This document shows positions 31,363 through 41,282 of a DNA stretch of 64,000 bases, piece by piece. Source of the stretch: Treponemataceae bacterium (GTDB lineage: Bacteria; Spirochaetota; Spirochaetia; Treponematales; Rectinemataceae); assembly GCA_963667725.2 (NCBI GenBank), contig CAXXHO010000003.1:928001-992000 (forward strand), read 5' to 3'. Below the pieces are notes generated by a model, which had not been told where the DNA came from, searched no databases, and saw nothing but the letters and a program-made list of their open reading frames with translations. A program made the translations under genes and the position numbers. Numbering within the stretch: position 1 is the stretch's first letter; every line of letters begins with the position of its first letter.

Positions 31363-33804
31363 ATGATGAAGAAACCCGCCACAGAATTTTGGGACTCTTT
31401 TCTCGCCTGGCTCGATGAGCAGGGGGAAGTGGCCTGGACCCGTACGCTGCGGCAGCGCTCGCCGAAACTCGCCGAACTGCCTGCCGATCTCGCTCCGCCT
31501 CTCGCCGCGGCCCTCGCCGCGAAGGGCATTTCGACTCTCTACACTCATCAGTCCGAATGCTACCGCATCGCCCGCTCCGGGCGGAATTTCGTCGTCGTCA
31601 CGCCTACGGCATCGGGAAAGACCCTCTGCTACAATCTCCCCGTGGTCCAAACCCTCTTGGAGAACCCCACCGCCCGCGCCCTCTATCTTTTTCCGACGAA
31701 AGCCCTCTCCCAAGACCAGCAGGCCGAGCTCAACGAAGTTGCCCTGGGCGGCGCTCTGCCCGTAAAAATACAGACCTACGACGGGGATACGCCATCTTCC
31801 CTCAGGACGGCGGCGCGGACCTCCGGCCGTATCGTCATCACGAATCCGGACATGCTCCACGCCGGGATTTTGCCCAACCACGCCAAGTGGATACAGTTCT
31901 TCTCCGGCCTGAAATATGTGGTCGTGGACGAAACGCACAGCTACAGGGGCGTTTTCGGCAGCCATGTGGGCAACGTGCTGAGGCGGCTCAAACGCATCGC
32001 CGCCTTCTACGGCGCCCAACCTTCCTTCATTTTCTGCTCGGCGACGATCGCCAATCCCCGGGAACTCGCCGAAGCGCTGATCGAGGAGCCCGTCGAACTC
32101 GTCGACGACAACGGCGCCGGGGCCGGCGAAAAGACGATCGTCTTCTACAATCCCCCCGTCATCGATCCGGTGCAGGGCATGAGGAAGAGCAGCGCTACCG
32201 AGTCCGAGCGCATCGCCCTCGAACTCCTGCGCAAGGGGGTGAAGACCATCCTCTTCGCCCGCTCAAGGCTTGCGGTGGAGCTCATCGCGAGCAACATCAA
32301 CCAGAGCCTGGAGAATCCCAACAACGAAAACGAGAGGATAAAGGTGAGTCCCTACCGTTCGGGGCTTCTTCCGTCGGAACGACGCGCCATCGAGAAAGGC
32401 CTGCGCGAGGGATCGATCAACGGGGTCGTCTCCACGAACGCCCTGGAACTCGGCATTGACATAGGCGGCCTCGACGCCTCAGTCATGGCGGGCTACCCCG
32501 GCAGCACGGCGTCCTTCTGGCAGCAGGCGGGAAGGGCGGGGCGAAGGGGTGGCTCCTCCCTGGCCGTGTTCGTGGCATCGGCCGCTCCCCTGGACCAGTA
32601 TTTCGCCCTTCATCCCGAATATTTCCTCGCGCAGTCCCCGGAACAGGCCAGGGTCGACCTGGACAATCCCTTCATCTTCATCGACCACGTAAAGTGCGCG
32701 GCCTTCGAGCTGCCTTTCGCTGAGGGCGGGGCCTTTGGCGGCGGCGCGGATAAAATGGAAGGCGGCGAGGGCGAAACGGAGGGCGGCGAGGACAAATTTG
32801 AGCCCGGCGAGGGAAGCGAGCGTTCCGAGCTGACGGCGGAGGCCCTTTCCCTGCTGGAGGAGGAAGGCGCGGTGCGTCTCACCGGCGGACGCTGGTACTG
32901 GTCCGACGAGGGCTACCCCAGCGAGAAGATTTCGCTTCGCTCGGCCACCGCCGACAATATCGTCATCGTCGACGTGACCGGCGGCGGAAGCCGCGTGATC
33001 GGCGAGATGGACAGGCCGAGCGCCAAGGAGCTCATTTTCGACAACGCCGTCTACATCCACCTGGGCACGCAGTTCATCGTCAAGAAGCTCGACATCGCCA
33101 ACAAGGTCTGCCACGTCGAGCGCAAGGACCTGGATTACTGGACCGACGCCGTCGTCAAGACCGACCTCGAGGTGCTCACCGAGGACGAGCGCTCCTCGCC
33201 CGGCCAGTCCATGCTCTTCGGCTACGCCGTGGGCGACGTCCTCGTGAGGAGCCAGGCGGAGAAGTTCAAGAAACTGCGATTCCACACGCGGGAGAACGTC
33301 GGGTTCGGCGAAATATTCCTGCCGCCCGAGGAAATGCAGACGCGCGCCCTCATGCTTCTCTTTCCGAAGGAAAGCGCGGCCGGCTCTTTCCTGGAGAGGC
33401 TCGATCCGGCGACGGCAGCGGCCGCGCTCGTCGGGGCCGCTCGCTTGCTCAAGTCACTGGCTCCGGCCTTCGTCCTCTGCGATCCCCGCGACATCGGCGT
33501 ATCCGAGCGCGTGAGAGACCCTCATTTCTTGATCCCGGCCATCTACCTCTACGACAAGTATCCTGGCGGCACCGGTCTCTCGGAGGCCCTCACGAGCAAG
33601 CTGGACGGACTCATGGGCGCTGCGTACGAGAGGCTCCACGGCTGCTCCTGCGGCGCGGGCTGCCCTTCCTGCATCGGCGCCGACCTCGTGGGCGCCGATG
33701 GCTCGCCCCAGGCCGGCGAAATTTCCGGCCAGGCACGCAGGGGCGGCGCCGGATTCAAGCCCCTTGTGGGCGAACTCCTGGCCCGCTGCAGCGGTCGTCC
33801 TTGA
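31363..33804 (+). CDS. DEAD/DEAH helicase with DUF1998 domain (MrfA/YprA-like)
   Basis: PTASGKT, PTKALSQDQ, DETH, TNALELGIDIG, QQAGRAGR, YPGGTG, CSCGAGCPSC. Confidence 0.92.
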   Translation: MMKKPATEFWDSFLAWLDEQGEVAWTRTLRQRSPKLAELPADLAPPLAAALAAKGISTLYTHQSECYRIARSGRNFVVVTPTASGKTLCYNLPVVQTLLENPTARALYLFPTKALSQDQQAELNEVALGGALPVKIQTYDGDTPSSLRTAARTSGRIVITNPDMLHAGILPNHAKWIQFFSGLKYVVVDETHSYRGVFGSHVGNVLRRLKRIAAFYGAQPSFIFCSATIANPRELAEALIEEPVELVDDNGAGAGEKTIVFYNPPVIDPVQGMRKSSATESERIALELLRKGVKTILFARSRLAVELIASNINQSLENPNNENERIKVSPYRSGLLPSERRAIEKGLREGSINGVVSTNALELGIDIGGLDASVMAGYPGSTASFWQQAGRAGRRGGSSLAVFVASAAPLDQYFALHPEYFLAQSPEQARVDLDNPFIFIDHVKCAAFELPFAEGGAFGGGADKMEGGEGETEGGEDKFEPGEGSERSELTAEALSLLEEEGAVRLTGGRWYWSDEGYPSEKISLRSATADNIVIVDVTGGGSRVIGEMDRPSAKELIFDNAVYIHLGTQFIVKKLDIANKVCHVERKDLDYWTDAVVKTDLEVLTEDERSSPGQSMLFGYAVGDVLVRSQAEKFKKLRFHTRENVGFGEIFLPPEEMQTRALMLLFPKESAAGSFLERLDPATAAAALVGAARLLKSLAPAFVLCDPRDIGVSERVRDPHFLIPAIYLYDKYPGGTGLSEALTSKLDGLMGAAYERLHGCSCGAGCPSCIGADLVGADGSPQAGEISGQARRGGAGFKPLVGELLARCSGRP

Positions 33805-33823
33805 GGAGCCTTCCTTGTCAGCC

Positions 33824-35137
33824 ATGAAGGGCAGACTTGCCCGTCTCAAGGAAATGGGGCTCATCAAGGCCTCGGAAATAGGGTCACGTCCAGAAAAGCC
33901 GGAGGGACAGGGAAAGCCGGTAAAGTCGAAAAGGCCCGTACGGGAAGAAAAAGCCGGCTTCCTTCCGGGATGGGAAAGGATCGCTCCCCATACCTATACG
34001 AGAACGATGGAGACCGGCTTCAGTTTAGACGAAAACCGCGGCGACTGCTTTGAGGAAAGCCATTTCGCGAACCAGCGGCTGAGACGGAAAAAGGGTCTGC
34101 AGCCCCTGCCTTTGACCGCCATCCCCCTGAGCCGGCTCTCCTTCTTCGACCTCGAGACCACAGGCCTTTCGGGCGGGGCGGGCACCATAGCCTTCCTCGC
34201 GGCCGTCGGTTTTTTCGAAGGCGGAGGCTTCCTCGTCACCCAGGTATTCATCGACGATTTCCCGGGCGAGCCCGCTTTTCTCGATTTCACGGTCAATCTT
34301 CTCGCTGAGCATCCTTATCTCGTCACCTACAATGGGGCCGCCTTCGATCTGCCCCTTTTAAGGACGCGCTGCATCATGAACGCCGTTACCGTCCCTGAAT
34401 TCAGCCATATCGACCTCCTGCATATGGCGAGGAAGTTCTGGAGGAAAACCTTCGGCTCCTGCTCCCTGCAAGCCATGGAGATAGCCGTTCTCGGGGAGGG
34501 ACGGGAGGACGATGTGCCCGGATTTCTCATCCCGCGGCTCTGGCTCGAATACTCGGGAACGGCCGCAGCGGACGCCGATGCTCTCGAGGCCTCTCTCGCG
34601 GCGATGGGAAAGGTGGCCGACCACAATCTCCTTGATGTCAGATCGCTCGCCAGGCTCTTCCTCAGGGTCGAGGGAATCATGAAGGAACCCTGCGTACGAT
34701 GGGAGAGCGAAAGAGTCTATGTCCCTCACCTCGCCATGGAACTCATGGCGGCCGACAGATCGGAGGAAGGCTACGTCCTCCTCGATGAAGGCGCCGCCGC
34801 AGGCGACCATGGGGCGCTCAAGCTGCTTTTCAGGTTCTACAGAAAGGCGGGGGATATCGAAGCCTGCGGACGCGTCATCGCCGCGATGGACGAGAACAGC
34901 GTCGAAGGCTGCATGGAAAAGGCGAAATTCCACGAACATGTGAGAAAGGATCCCGGAACCGCTCTTGTCTACGCCGAAAAAGCGATGGACCTTCTGGAAG
35001 CGGAAGCCGCCCAGGAAACGGATCTCCGGAATCCCGGCGCTCTAAACCGAGACAGCCCCGAACGCGAGGCGCTCGAGAAAAGGCGGGCGCGGCTCTTGAG
35101 AAAACTAGGGAAATCGGGAGATGGCTGCCGCGGGTGA
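33824..35137 (+). CDS. RNase H-like (DnaQ-type) exonuclease, MrfB/YprB-like, with TPR-like C-terminus
   Basis: FFDLETTGLSGGAGT, TYNGAAFDLP, HIDLLH, HNLLDV. Confidence 0.88.
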   Translation: MKGRLARLKEMGLIKASEIGSRPEKPEGQGKPVKSKRPVREEKAGFLPGWERIAPHTYTRTMETGFSLDENRGDCFEESHFANQRLRRKKGLQPLPLTAIPLSRLSFFDLETTGLSGGAGTIAFLAAVGFFEGGGFLVTQVFIDDFPGEPAFLDFTVNLLAEHPYLVTYNGAAFDLPLLRTRCIMNAVTVPEFSHIDLLHMARKFWRKTFGSCSLQAMEIAVLGEGREDDVPGFLIPRLWLEYSGTAAADADALEASLAAMGKVADHNLLDVRSLARLFLRVEGIMKEPCVRWESERVYVPHLAMELMAADRSEEGYVLLDEGAAAGDHGALKLLFRFYRKAGDIEACGRVIAAMDENSVEGCMEKAKFHEHVRKDPGTALVYAEKAMDLLEAEAAQETDLRNPGALNRDSPEREALEKRRARLLRKLGKSGDGCRG

Positions 35138-35178
35138 ACAATTTCCGCGACCGATGGTGCGAAGGTAATCGGATTATG

Positions 35179-36240
35179 TCAGGGCTTGGGATTGGCCTGG
35201 AGCGTGTCTCCGAGCTGGCCGCAGGCGCCCATGACGCCTCTGCCGCGGTGCATTCGCTGGACGGCGACGAGTCCAGCCTTCTCTAGCACGTCGGTAAAGG
35301 CCTGAACTTGCGCCTTGCTGGGCGTTTCGAAAGGAAGTCCCGGCACGGCGTTCCATGGAATGAGATTGACCTGGGCCTTGAGCGGTTTTACCCAACGCAC
35401 CAGGGCGCGGGCATCGTCGGGGCTCGCGTTCCTGTTTCCGGTGAGGACTGCTTCGAGGGTGACACGCTCGCCGGTCTTTTCCTGGTACTCGAGGAGGGCG
35501 GCCTTGAGAGCCGCCAGGTTCCAGGTGCGGTTTATGGGCATCATCTCCGACCGCATATCCTCGTCGGCCGTGGTCAGCGACACGGCGAGCCTGACTCGGG
35601 GACCGTTGGCCGCCAGGTCGAGAATCCCCGGGACGACCCCGCTCGTGGAGATGGTGATCTTTCGGAGCGACATGCCTATACCTTCCGGATCAGAGAGGAG
35701 GGCAATCGATTTTCGAAGCGCGGGAAGATTGAGGAGGGGTTCTCCCATGCCCATGAAGACGACATTCGATATGAAGCCCCGTCTTTCCTTGAGGTAGTAA
35801 TACTGCTCGAGGATTTCGTCCGGTCCGAGATTCCTCAGGAAACCGAGCTGGCCGGTACGGCAGAATTTGCAGCCCATGGGACAACCCACCTGGCTGGAGA
35901 GACAGGCGGTCTTCCTTCCCTCGATATCCTCCAGAAGGACGCACTCGACAGCAGCGCCGTCGCTGAGCCGTATCTGAAGCTTGAGGGATCCGTCCTCATC
36001 CTTGAATTCCGAACTCACCAAGGATGAGCGGAGGGTGCCGAACAGGGCCGCCAGACGTTCCTTGTCAGCGCCCGGGAGATTGGTCATGCCGGAAAAATCG
36101 CTTGTTCCGCGCACGATCCAATCGTAGACTTGTTTCGCCCTGTAAGGCTGCTCAAAGCTGAGTAGGTCGAGGATCTCGTCAGGGAGCAGGCCCGAAAGAT
36201 AAACCGACGGTTTTACATCATTCGAAGGTCGGGTCGCCAT
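35179..36240 (-). CDS. rlmN: 23S rRNA m2A2503 methyltransferase
   Basis: SSQVGCPMGCKFC, MGMGEP, ACGQL. Confidence 0.95.
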   Translation of the reverse strand: MATRPSNDVKPSVYLSGLLPDEILDLLSFEQPYRAKQVYDWIVRGTSDFSGMTNLPGADKERLAALFGTLRSSLVSSEFKDEDGSLKLQIRLSDGAAVECVLLEDIEGRKTACLSSQVGCPMGCKFCRTGQLGFLRNLGPDEILEQYYYLKERRGFISNVVFMGMGEPLLNLPALRKSIALLSDPEGIGMSLRKITISTSGVVPGILDLAANGPRVRLAVSLTTADEDMRSEMMPINRTWNLAALKAALLEYQEKTGERVTLEAVLTGNRNASPDDARALVRWVKPLKAQVNLIPWNAVPGLPFETPSKAQVQAFTDVLEKAGLVAVQRMHRGRGVMGACGQLGDTLQANPKP

Positions 36241-36255
36241 TCTATGGTCTTGCCT

Positions 36256-37404
36256 TCACGAGGCCTTCGCCGAAAGCTTCAGGAGCGCTTCGGAGATGAA
36301 GGGGTTCTTGATTCCCATCTTCGTAAACTCGGTGAGGATGTCTATGGCCTGCTGGCGCTGACCGGCGGCCACGTAGCACTGGGCGAGTTCGAGATAGATT
36401 CGGTAATTCTTGGGATCGTTCTGGATGAGCATCTTCAGGCTCGTGATGGCGTCGTCCCATTTTCCCTGGGTGCGCGCGATGACGGCCAGGCCGAGGATGG
36501 CGTATACGTCGAACTCTATGTTGAGGGCATCCTCGTAGTATTTCACCGCTTTATCCAGTTCGCCGATATTCCTGTAGGCATCGCCCGCCCTGGTGAGGAT
36601 TACCTTGTTCTTGGGATCCTTTTCCAGAATCTTGTTCCAGTAGACGAGGGAATTGGCCTGCTTGCCGACGCCTCTGTAGCAGTCGGCTATGCCGAAGAGG
36701 GCGTAGAAGTTGTCCGGCTCTCTTTCCAGGGTTTTCTCGAAATAGGGAACGCCGCGGTCGAACTGCTTCAGTTTCCGGTAGCAATTCCCGATGGAGGTGA
36801 GAACTCTGATGTCGACCCGGTCGCCCTGAAGATCGACCATTCTCTGCCAGTAGCCGAGGGCTTCCTTGTATTCCTTGAAGTCATAATGCAGATGGCCGAG
36901 ACCGATGAGGGCGTAGTGATTGTCGGCTTCCATCTCGAGAACGCGCTGATAGATAGCTTTGGACTTCCTGAAATCGTGGACTTTCCGATACGCGTCGGCC
37001 ACTCTCGTCAGGACGGTGATGTTCGTATTGTCGTGGAGCAGGTACTGCTCCTATATCTCGATGGCTTTGTGATACTGATTGAGGGCCTTGTAGCAGTCCG
37101 CCAAACCGAACAGGGCATAGCTGTTTCCTGGATGGAATACGAGGCAGCGCCGGTAATGGTCGGCGGCGTCCCTGTAGGCGCCGCGTTTGCGGGCGGCGTC
37201 GCCGAGGCCGACCAACGCGTAGTTGTTTTCCTTGTCCTTTTCCAGAATCTGGGCAAAGCACTCAACGGCTTCGTCGAATCGGTTTTCCTTGAGAAGCTGG
37301 TAACCTTTCTTGGAGGATTCGGAGATCTCGTTGAGTTCGCTCTCGAGGGCTTCCGGAATTTCAAAGAAATCGTCTTGGGGGAGAGGAACAGGCATGTCGC
37401 TCAT
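36256..37404 (-). pseudogene. TPR-repeat protein interrupted by an in-frame TAG at 37051-37053
   Basis: ORFs 37051..37443 and 36256..37002 are in one frame; TPR periodicity continues across ...HKAIEI*EQYLLHDNTNITVLTRVADAY... Confidence 0.8.
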
Positions 37405-37534
37405 GTTTTTTCCTTGTGGCAGAAAGCGTATTTTATGATTCAAACATTTTAAAAAATACGGATCTAAGGCTGCTTTCTGTCTAACTGCAAAGTATAAAGC
37501 GAAAAAACGGAAAAAGCAATCGGAGTTGTATCGC

Positions 37535-38083
37535 TCAGGTCGCTTTACGACTTCGGTAAAATCGCACGATCGAGCGACCGTAGCTTCGTTCGTCCTCGAC
37601 CGCGAGGGATCCGATTTTCAGGGGCAGTTTATCTTCCTTGGGGAAATGGATGATCGCCAGACCGCCTTCCTTTAGGGACAATCCTTTCACCAGGGTCTTG
37701 AGCAGATCCAGCTTGAAGGCGTAGGGGAAGGGAGGGTCGAGGAAGGCGATATCGAAGGCGACCTTGTTCCGGGCCAGGAAAAGCTCCACCGGCTGGGCTT
37801 TGCACTCGATGCGCTGATCAGCGGCTATCGAGACGTTTTTGAGGAGAATGGGGAACTTGGCCCTATCGCGTTCGACGCACATAATTGGGTTGGCGCCGCG
37901 CGACGCCGCCTCGAGGGCGATGATGCCCGATCCGGAGAAAAGATCGAGAAAAGAGAGGCCCGTCATATCCCCCAGGACGCCGAAGACGGATTCCCTCATC
38001 CTGTCCATGGCGGGACGGATGGCTAGATGTGCGTCGGGAAGCTCGATTGTCCTGCCGCAGTAGATTCCTCCGGTGATGCGCAT
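37535..38083 (-). CDS. rsmD: 16S rRNA m2G966 methyltransferase
   Basis: MRITGG, LDLFSGSG, EAASRGA, FLDPPF. Confidence 0.93.
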   Translation of the reverse strand: MRITGGIYCGRTIELPDAHLAIRPAMDRMRESVFGVLGDMTGLSFLDLFSGSGIIALEAASRGANPIMCVERDRAKFPILLKNVSIAADQRIECKAQPVELFLARNKVAFDIAFLDPPFPYAFKLDLLKTLVKGLSLKEGGLAIIHFPKEDKLPLKIGSLAVEDERSYGRSIVRFYRSRKAT

Positions 38084-38087
38084 AGGC

Positions 38088-38555
38088 TTACCAGTCCCTC
38101 GTGCGGAATTCGCGTCTGATGTCGCGGTCCACGTCGCGTTCCTTGATGTCGGCGCGCTTGTCGTAGGCTTTCTTGCCTTTGCAGAGTCCTACCTCGATCT
38201 TAACGAGGCCGTGCTTGAGATAAACCGCCAGGGGAATCAGCGTAAAGCCTTTTTCGCGGACTTTCCGGTCGATACGTTTTATCTCCTGCGCGTGGAGCAG
38301 GAGTTTCTTGGGCCTGTCGGGATCGTGGCTGAATACCGAAGAGAATACATATTCCGAGATATGGAAGTTCCTCAGCCATACTTCGGCGTTCCTCACGTCG
38401 GCGTAAGCGTCGGGGAAGGATATTCTTCCGTCCTTGATGGATTTGACTTCCGTGCCTTTGAGTTCCACGCCGCATTCGAAACTTTCTTCGACGCTGTAGT
38501 CGAATCGGGCGCGCCTATTGAGGGCCACGACCTTGACGCCTTCCGGTATGCTCAT
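38088..38555 (-). CDS. smpB: SsrA-binding protein
   Basis: NRRARFDY, LKGTEVKS, KLLLH, GKKAYDKR; start MSIPEG overlaps the upstream stop. Confidence 0.96.
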   Translation of the reverse strand: MSIPEGVKVVALNRRARFDYSVEESFECGVELKGTEVKSIKDGRISFPDAYADVRNAEVWLRNFHISEYVFSSVFSHDPDRPKKLLLHAQEIKRIDRKVREKGFTLIPLAVYLKHGLVKIEVGLCKGKKAYDKRADIKERDVDRDIRREFRTRDW

Positions 38556-40162
38556 CGTTCCACTATCGCGGGCCTGAAGCCGAGAAAGGCTGATCCGTGG
38601 GCTGAGGGCATGCCGCCGCGCGAGAATAGGGTGATGGAATCGGAATCGTTGGCCCAGGAGCCGCCGCGAACAGCCTTTTCGTCCCCCGAAAATTGGCCGG
38701 CCGCGAAGGCGGGGTAGGGGCGGTAAGCGTCGGCTGTCCATTCCCAGACATTGCCGAACATGTCGGCGAGGCCTGTCGCGGAATAGCCGGCGGCGCCCGA
38801 TCGCGCGGGACCTTCTTTCGCCGCGTCGGACCAGGTGGCTTTCTTTTCAGTCAGCGAGGCTGGGGCTGATAGTCCCGCGCGAGCCGCGGCCTCCCACATC
38901 GCCTCGCTGGGCAGCTCCGCTTTCCACGCGCTTCCCGTTCTGGAGGAGAGCCATGCGCAATATGCTGACGCCGCTGCCCAGGAAACGTAGGTCACGGGCT
39001 TGTCGCCGTCGATTCCGGTTTCCTTCCATTCACTGAGATAGGTGTCGTCGGCCAGCCCCGCTTTTATGAGGGCAGCCTTGTTCCTTGGATGCCAGTCGGC
39101 ATTGGCCGCGAGGAAGGCGGTCCATTGCCTGTTGGTGACTTCGGTCCGGGCGATGCCGAAGGTGGAAACGCTCGCCATATAGCCGGCCTGGGAGCCGGAA
39201 GGGGCTTCGCCCCCCATGGGCAGCTCCCCTCGCGAGAAGAGTACAAAATCATGGGCGGCCAGCGAAACGGAACCCTTGGGGCCTGGAGCTTCCATGCCGG
39301 AAGTCGGCTCGGAGGCGGCCGCGCCTTTGGCGATGGAGCTTAAAGGCAGGGCAGCAGAACTATCCTTGGACAGGATGTCCTGGAGCCAGACAGCTCCAGC
39401 CTTTTCGGAACAGAGGGCGGCGGCTGCTATGCGAGCCGCCGAGACCAGGGAGAGCGGGCCGGGCATGCCCGCGGCGGTTACGAGGACGCTTGCCTTCAAT
39501 CCGTCCCTCGCGGATTCGGATGAGGCGGTGGCCGACAGGATGTCCCTGGCGAAGTCCAGCGAACTCGAATGCTCTGCGGTATCGCTATCCTTGCCGCTCG
39601 GCGCCGGCGCCGAGCGGTCCAGGGGGGCCGATAAGGCGCCCGTTCCGGCCAAGGCTGAAACCGCGTCGGAGAGTACGGTCGGAAACTGGTAGAGGGCGCT
39701 CGGTTTTCCCGCCAGGGACCATTCGGCATATTCTTTATAGGCGGAATGAATGAGGGCCGCGGGATTTTCGGCCGAGAGGCCGAATTCGATTTTTTCGCGG
39801 CGAGGGAAAATAAGGCTGCCCAGTAGCCTTCCTTTTATATGGATATTCCTCGTCTCGGGCGTAAACCCCTCGCTTTCGACGCGGATCGAATAGTCGCCTG
39901 AGGGAAGAAAGATATTCTGTCCGATGCTTCCTTTGTACGCGTCGTCGACAAAGACTGCCGATTTGGCGGGGGCGCCTTCGAAAACAAGATAGCTTCCGTT
40001 TTTCCGTATCCCTGGCAAAACAAGGGCCAGGAAGAGCAGGAGCATCGCGAGAATCGCGTAGACCGCGGGCAGGTAGACGCGCGGCTCGACGCCGGCTATG
40101 GAGTGCAGTCTGACGGTTGCCTGATCGATGTCGGACTGTGTGATTTTCTTCTCTTCCTTCAT
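38552..40162 (-). CDS. Membrane-anchored PEGA + FGE/sulfatase-modifying-factor domain protein
   Basis: TM helix; PEGA-like segment; TEVTN, LPSEAMWEAAAR, GNVWEW, RGGSW, LGFR. Confidence 0.85.
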   Translation of the reverse strand: MKEEKKITQSDIDQATVRLHSIAGVEPRVYLPAVYAILAMLLLFLALVLPGIRKNGSYLVFEGAPAKSAVFVDDAYKGSIGQNIFLPSGDYSIRVESEGFTPETRNIHIKGRLLGSLIFPRREKIEFGLSAENPAALIHSAYKEYAEWSLAGKPSALYQFPTVLSDAVSALAGTGALSAPLDRSAPAPSGKDSDTAEHSSSLDFARDILSATASSESARDGLKASVLVTAAGMPGPLSLVSAARIAAAALCSEKAGAVWLQDILSKDSSAALPLSSIAKGAAASEPTSGMEAPGPKGSVSLAAHDFVLFSRGELPMGGEAPSGSQAGYMASVSTFGIARTEVTNRQWTAFLAANADWHPRNKAALIKAGLADDTYLSEWKETGIDGDKPVTYVSWAAASAYCAWLSSRTGSAWKAELPSEAMWEAAARAGLSAPASLTEKKATWSDAAKEGPARSGAAGYSATGLADMFGNVWEWTADAYRPYPAFAAGQFSGDEKAVRGGSWANDSDSITLFSRGGMPSAHGSAFLGFRPAIVER

Positions 40163-40228
40163 TGGGGGAAGCGTATAGGATGCGTCCGGACCTTGTCAAC
40201 GCGGTACGAACATGGTAGTGTGATTTCA

Positions 40229-41218
40229 ATGACCAAGCAGGCTGGCAAGAGCGCCGATTTCATCGACAGGCTCCAGAATTTCACGGAAACGCTACTCACT
40301 CGTCGTCTCAGGAAAAGACTTAAGGACAAGATGAAACAGCAGCGGCGGAACGCCGTGGTGGATTGGCTCATGGCCATTTTATGGGCGGCCTGCGTCGTTC
40401 TCGTCATCAATCAATATATCTTCCAGAACTACCAGATACCTTCCGAGTCCATGGTCAAGACGCTGAAGATCGGCGATATGATTTTCGTCGACAAGCTTTC
40501 CTATGGCCCAGAACTCCTGCCTGGCGTCGCCAAGCTTCCAGGGCTCGCCCAACCTCACCGAGGCCAGATCATTGTTTTCGAGAATCCGACCTATCTTTCC
40601 AAAGGACCAGTCTTCACCATTGTCCAGCAGATGATCTATATGCTCACGCTTACGATGGTCGATATCGACAGGGACCAGAACGGCGAACAGAGGGTCCATT
40701 ATCTTATAAAGCGCGCCGTCGGGTTTTCCGGCGACAGGATCAGGGTCGACGAGGGCGAGGTATCCATCAAGCCCGAAGGTTCTTCTTCCTGGTTTTCCGA
40801 GCCCGCGCTGATGAAGCATCTGGGGCTTCCCTTCGCCGCCGAGCGGATGGTGGCTAAAAGCGAATACAAGGCCATCGAGGCCGTCGGCGCGATGTCGGCA
40901 TATCAGGAAAGCAGGCTTAGCGTTCCCGCCTCATCGGGATCGGCGAATATCTCCTCGGCATACAAGGACGCTTTCGGTTACGACATGAAAAGGGTTTCAG
41001 TGCTCAAGGACATGAATCCCTCGGATTCCCGGATCGCCGCCACATCCAGACGTTACGAGATGGGTTGGTATATACCGGAGGGAAGAATCTTCCCGATGGG
41101 CGACAACAGGGACAATTCGCGGGACGCCCGCTACTTCGGCCCGGTGAACCTGAACCGAGTGCTCGGAAGGGCATTGTTCATCTACTGGCCATTGGGCCGG
41201 GCAGGCCGAATCCGCTGA
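40229..41218 (+). CDS. lepB: Signal peptidase I
   Basis: IPSESM (catalytic Ser), YLIKRAVG (catalytic Lys), MGDNRDNSRD. Confidence 0.93.
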   Translation: MTKQAGKSADFIDRLQNFTETLLTRRLRKRLKDKMKQQRRNAVVDWLMAILWAACVVLVINQYIFQNYQIPSESMVKTLKIGDMIFVDKLSYGPELLPGVAKLPGLAQPHRGQIIVFENPTYLSKGPVFTIVQQMIYMLTLTMVDIDRDQNGEQRVHYLIKRAVGFSGDRIRVDEGEVSIKPEGSSSWFSEPALMKHLGLPFAAERMVAKSEYKAIEAVGAMSAYQESRLSVPASSGSANISSAYKDAFGYDMKRVSVLKDMNPSDSRIAATSRRYEMGWYIPEGRIFPMGDNRDNSRDARYFGPVNLNRVLGRALFIYWPLGRAGRIR

Positions 41219-41282
41219 AGATTCATACTTCCGATGTCTTGGTAAAGGCGTCGGGTGCCGGTAGATTCCAGGGGGACAGGTC

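Noticed and set aside
37051..37053. Genome-wide TAG reassignment
   Set aside because: TAG terminates many intact genes in this window at their expected ends.
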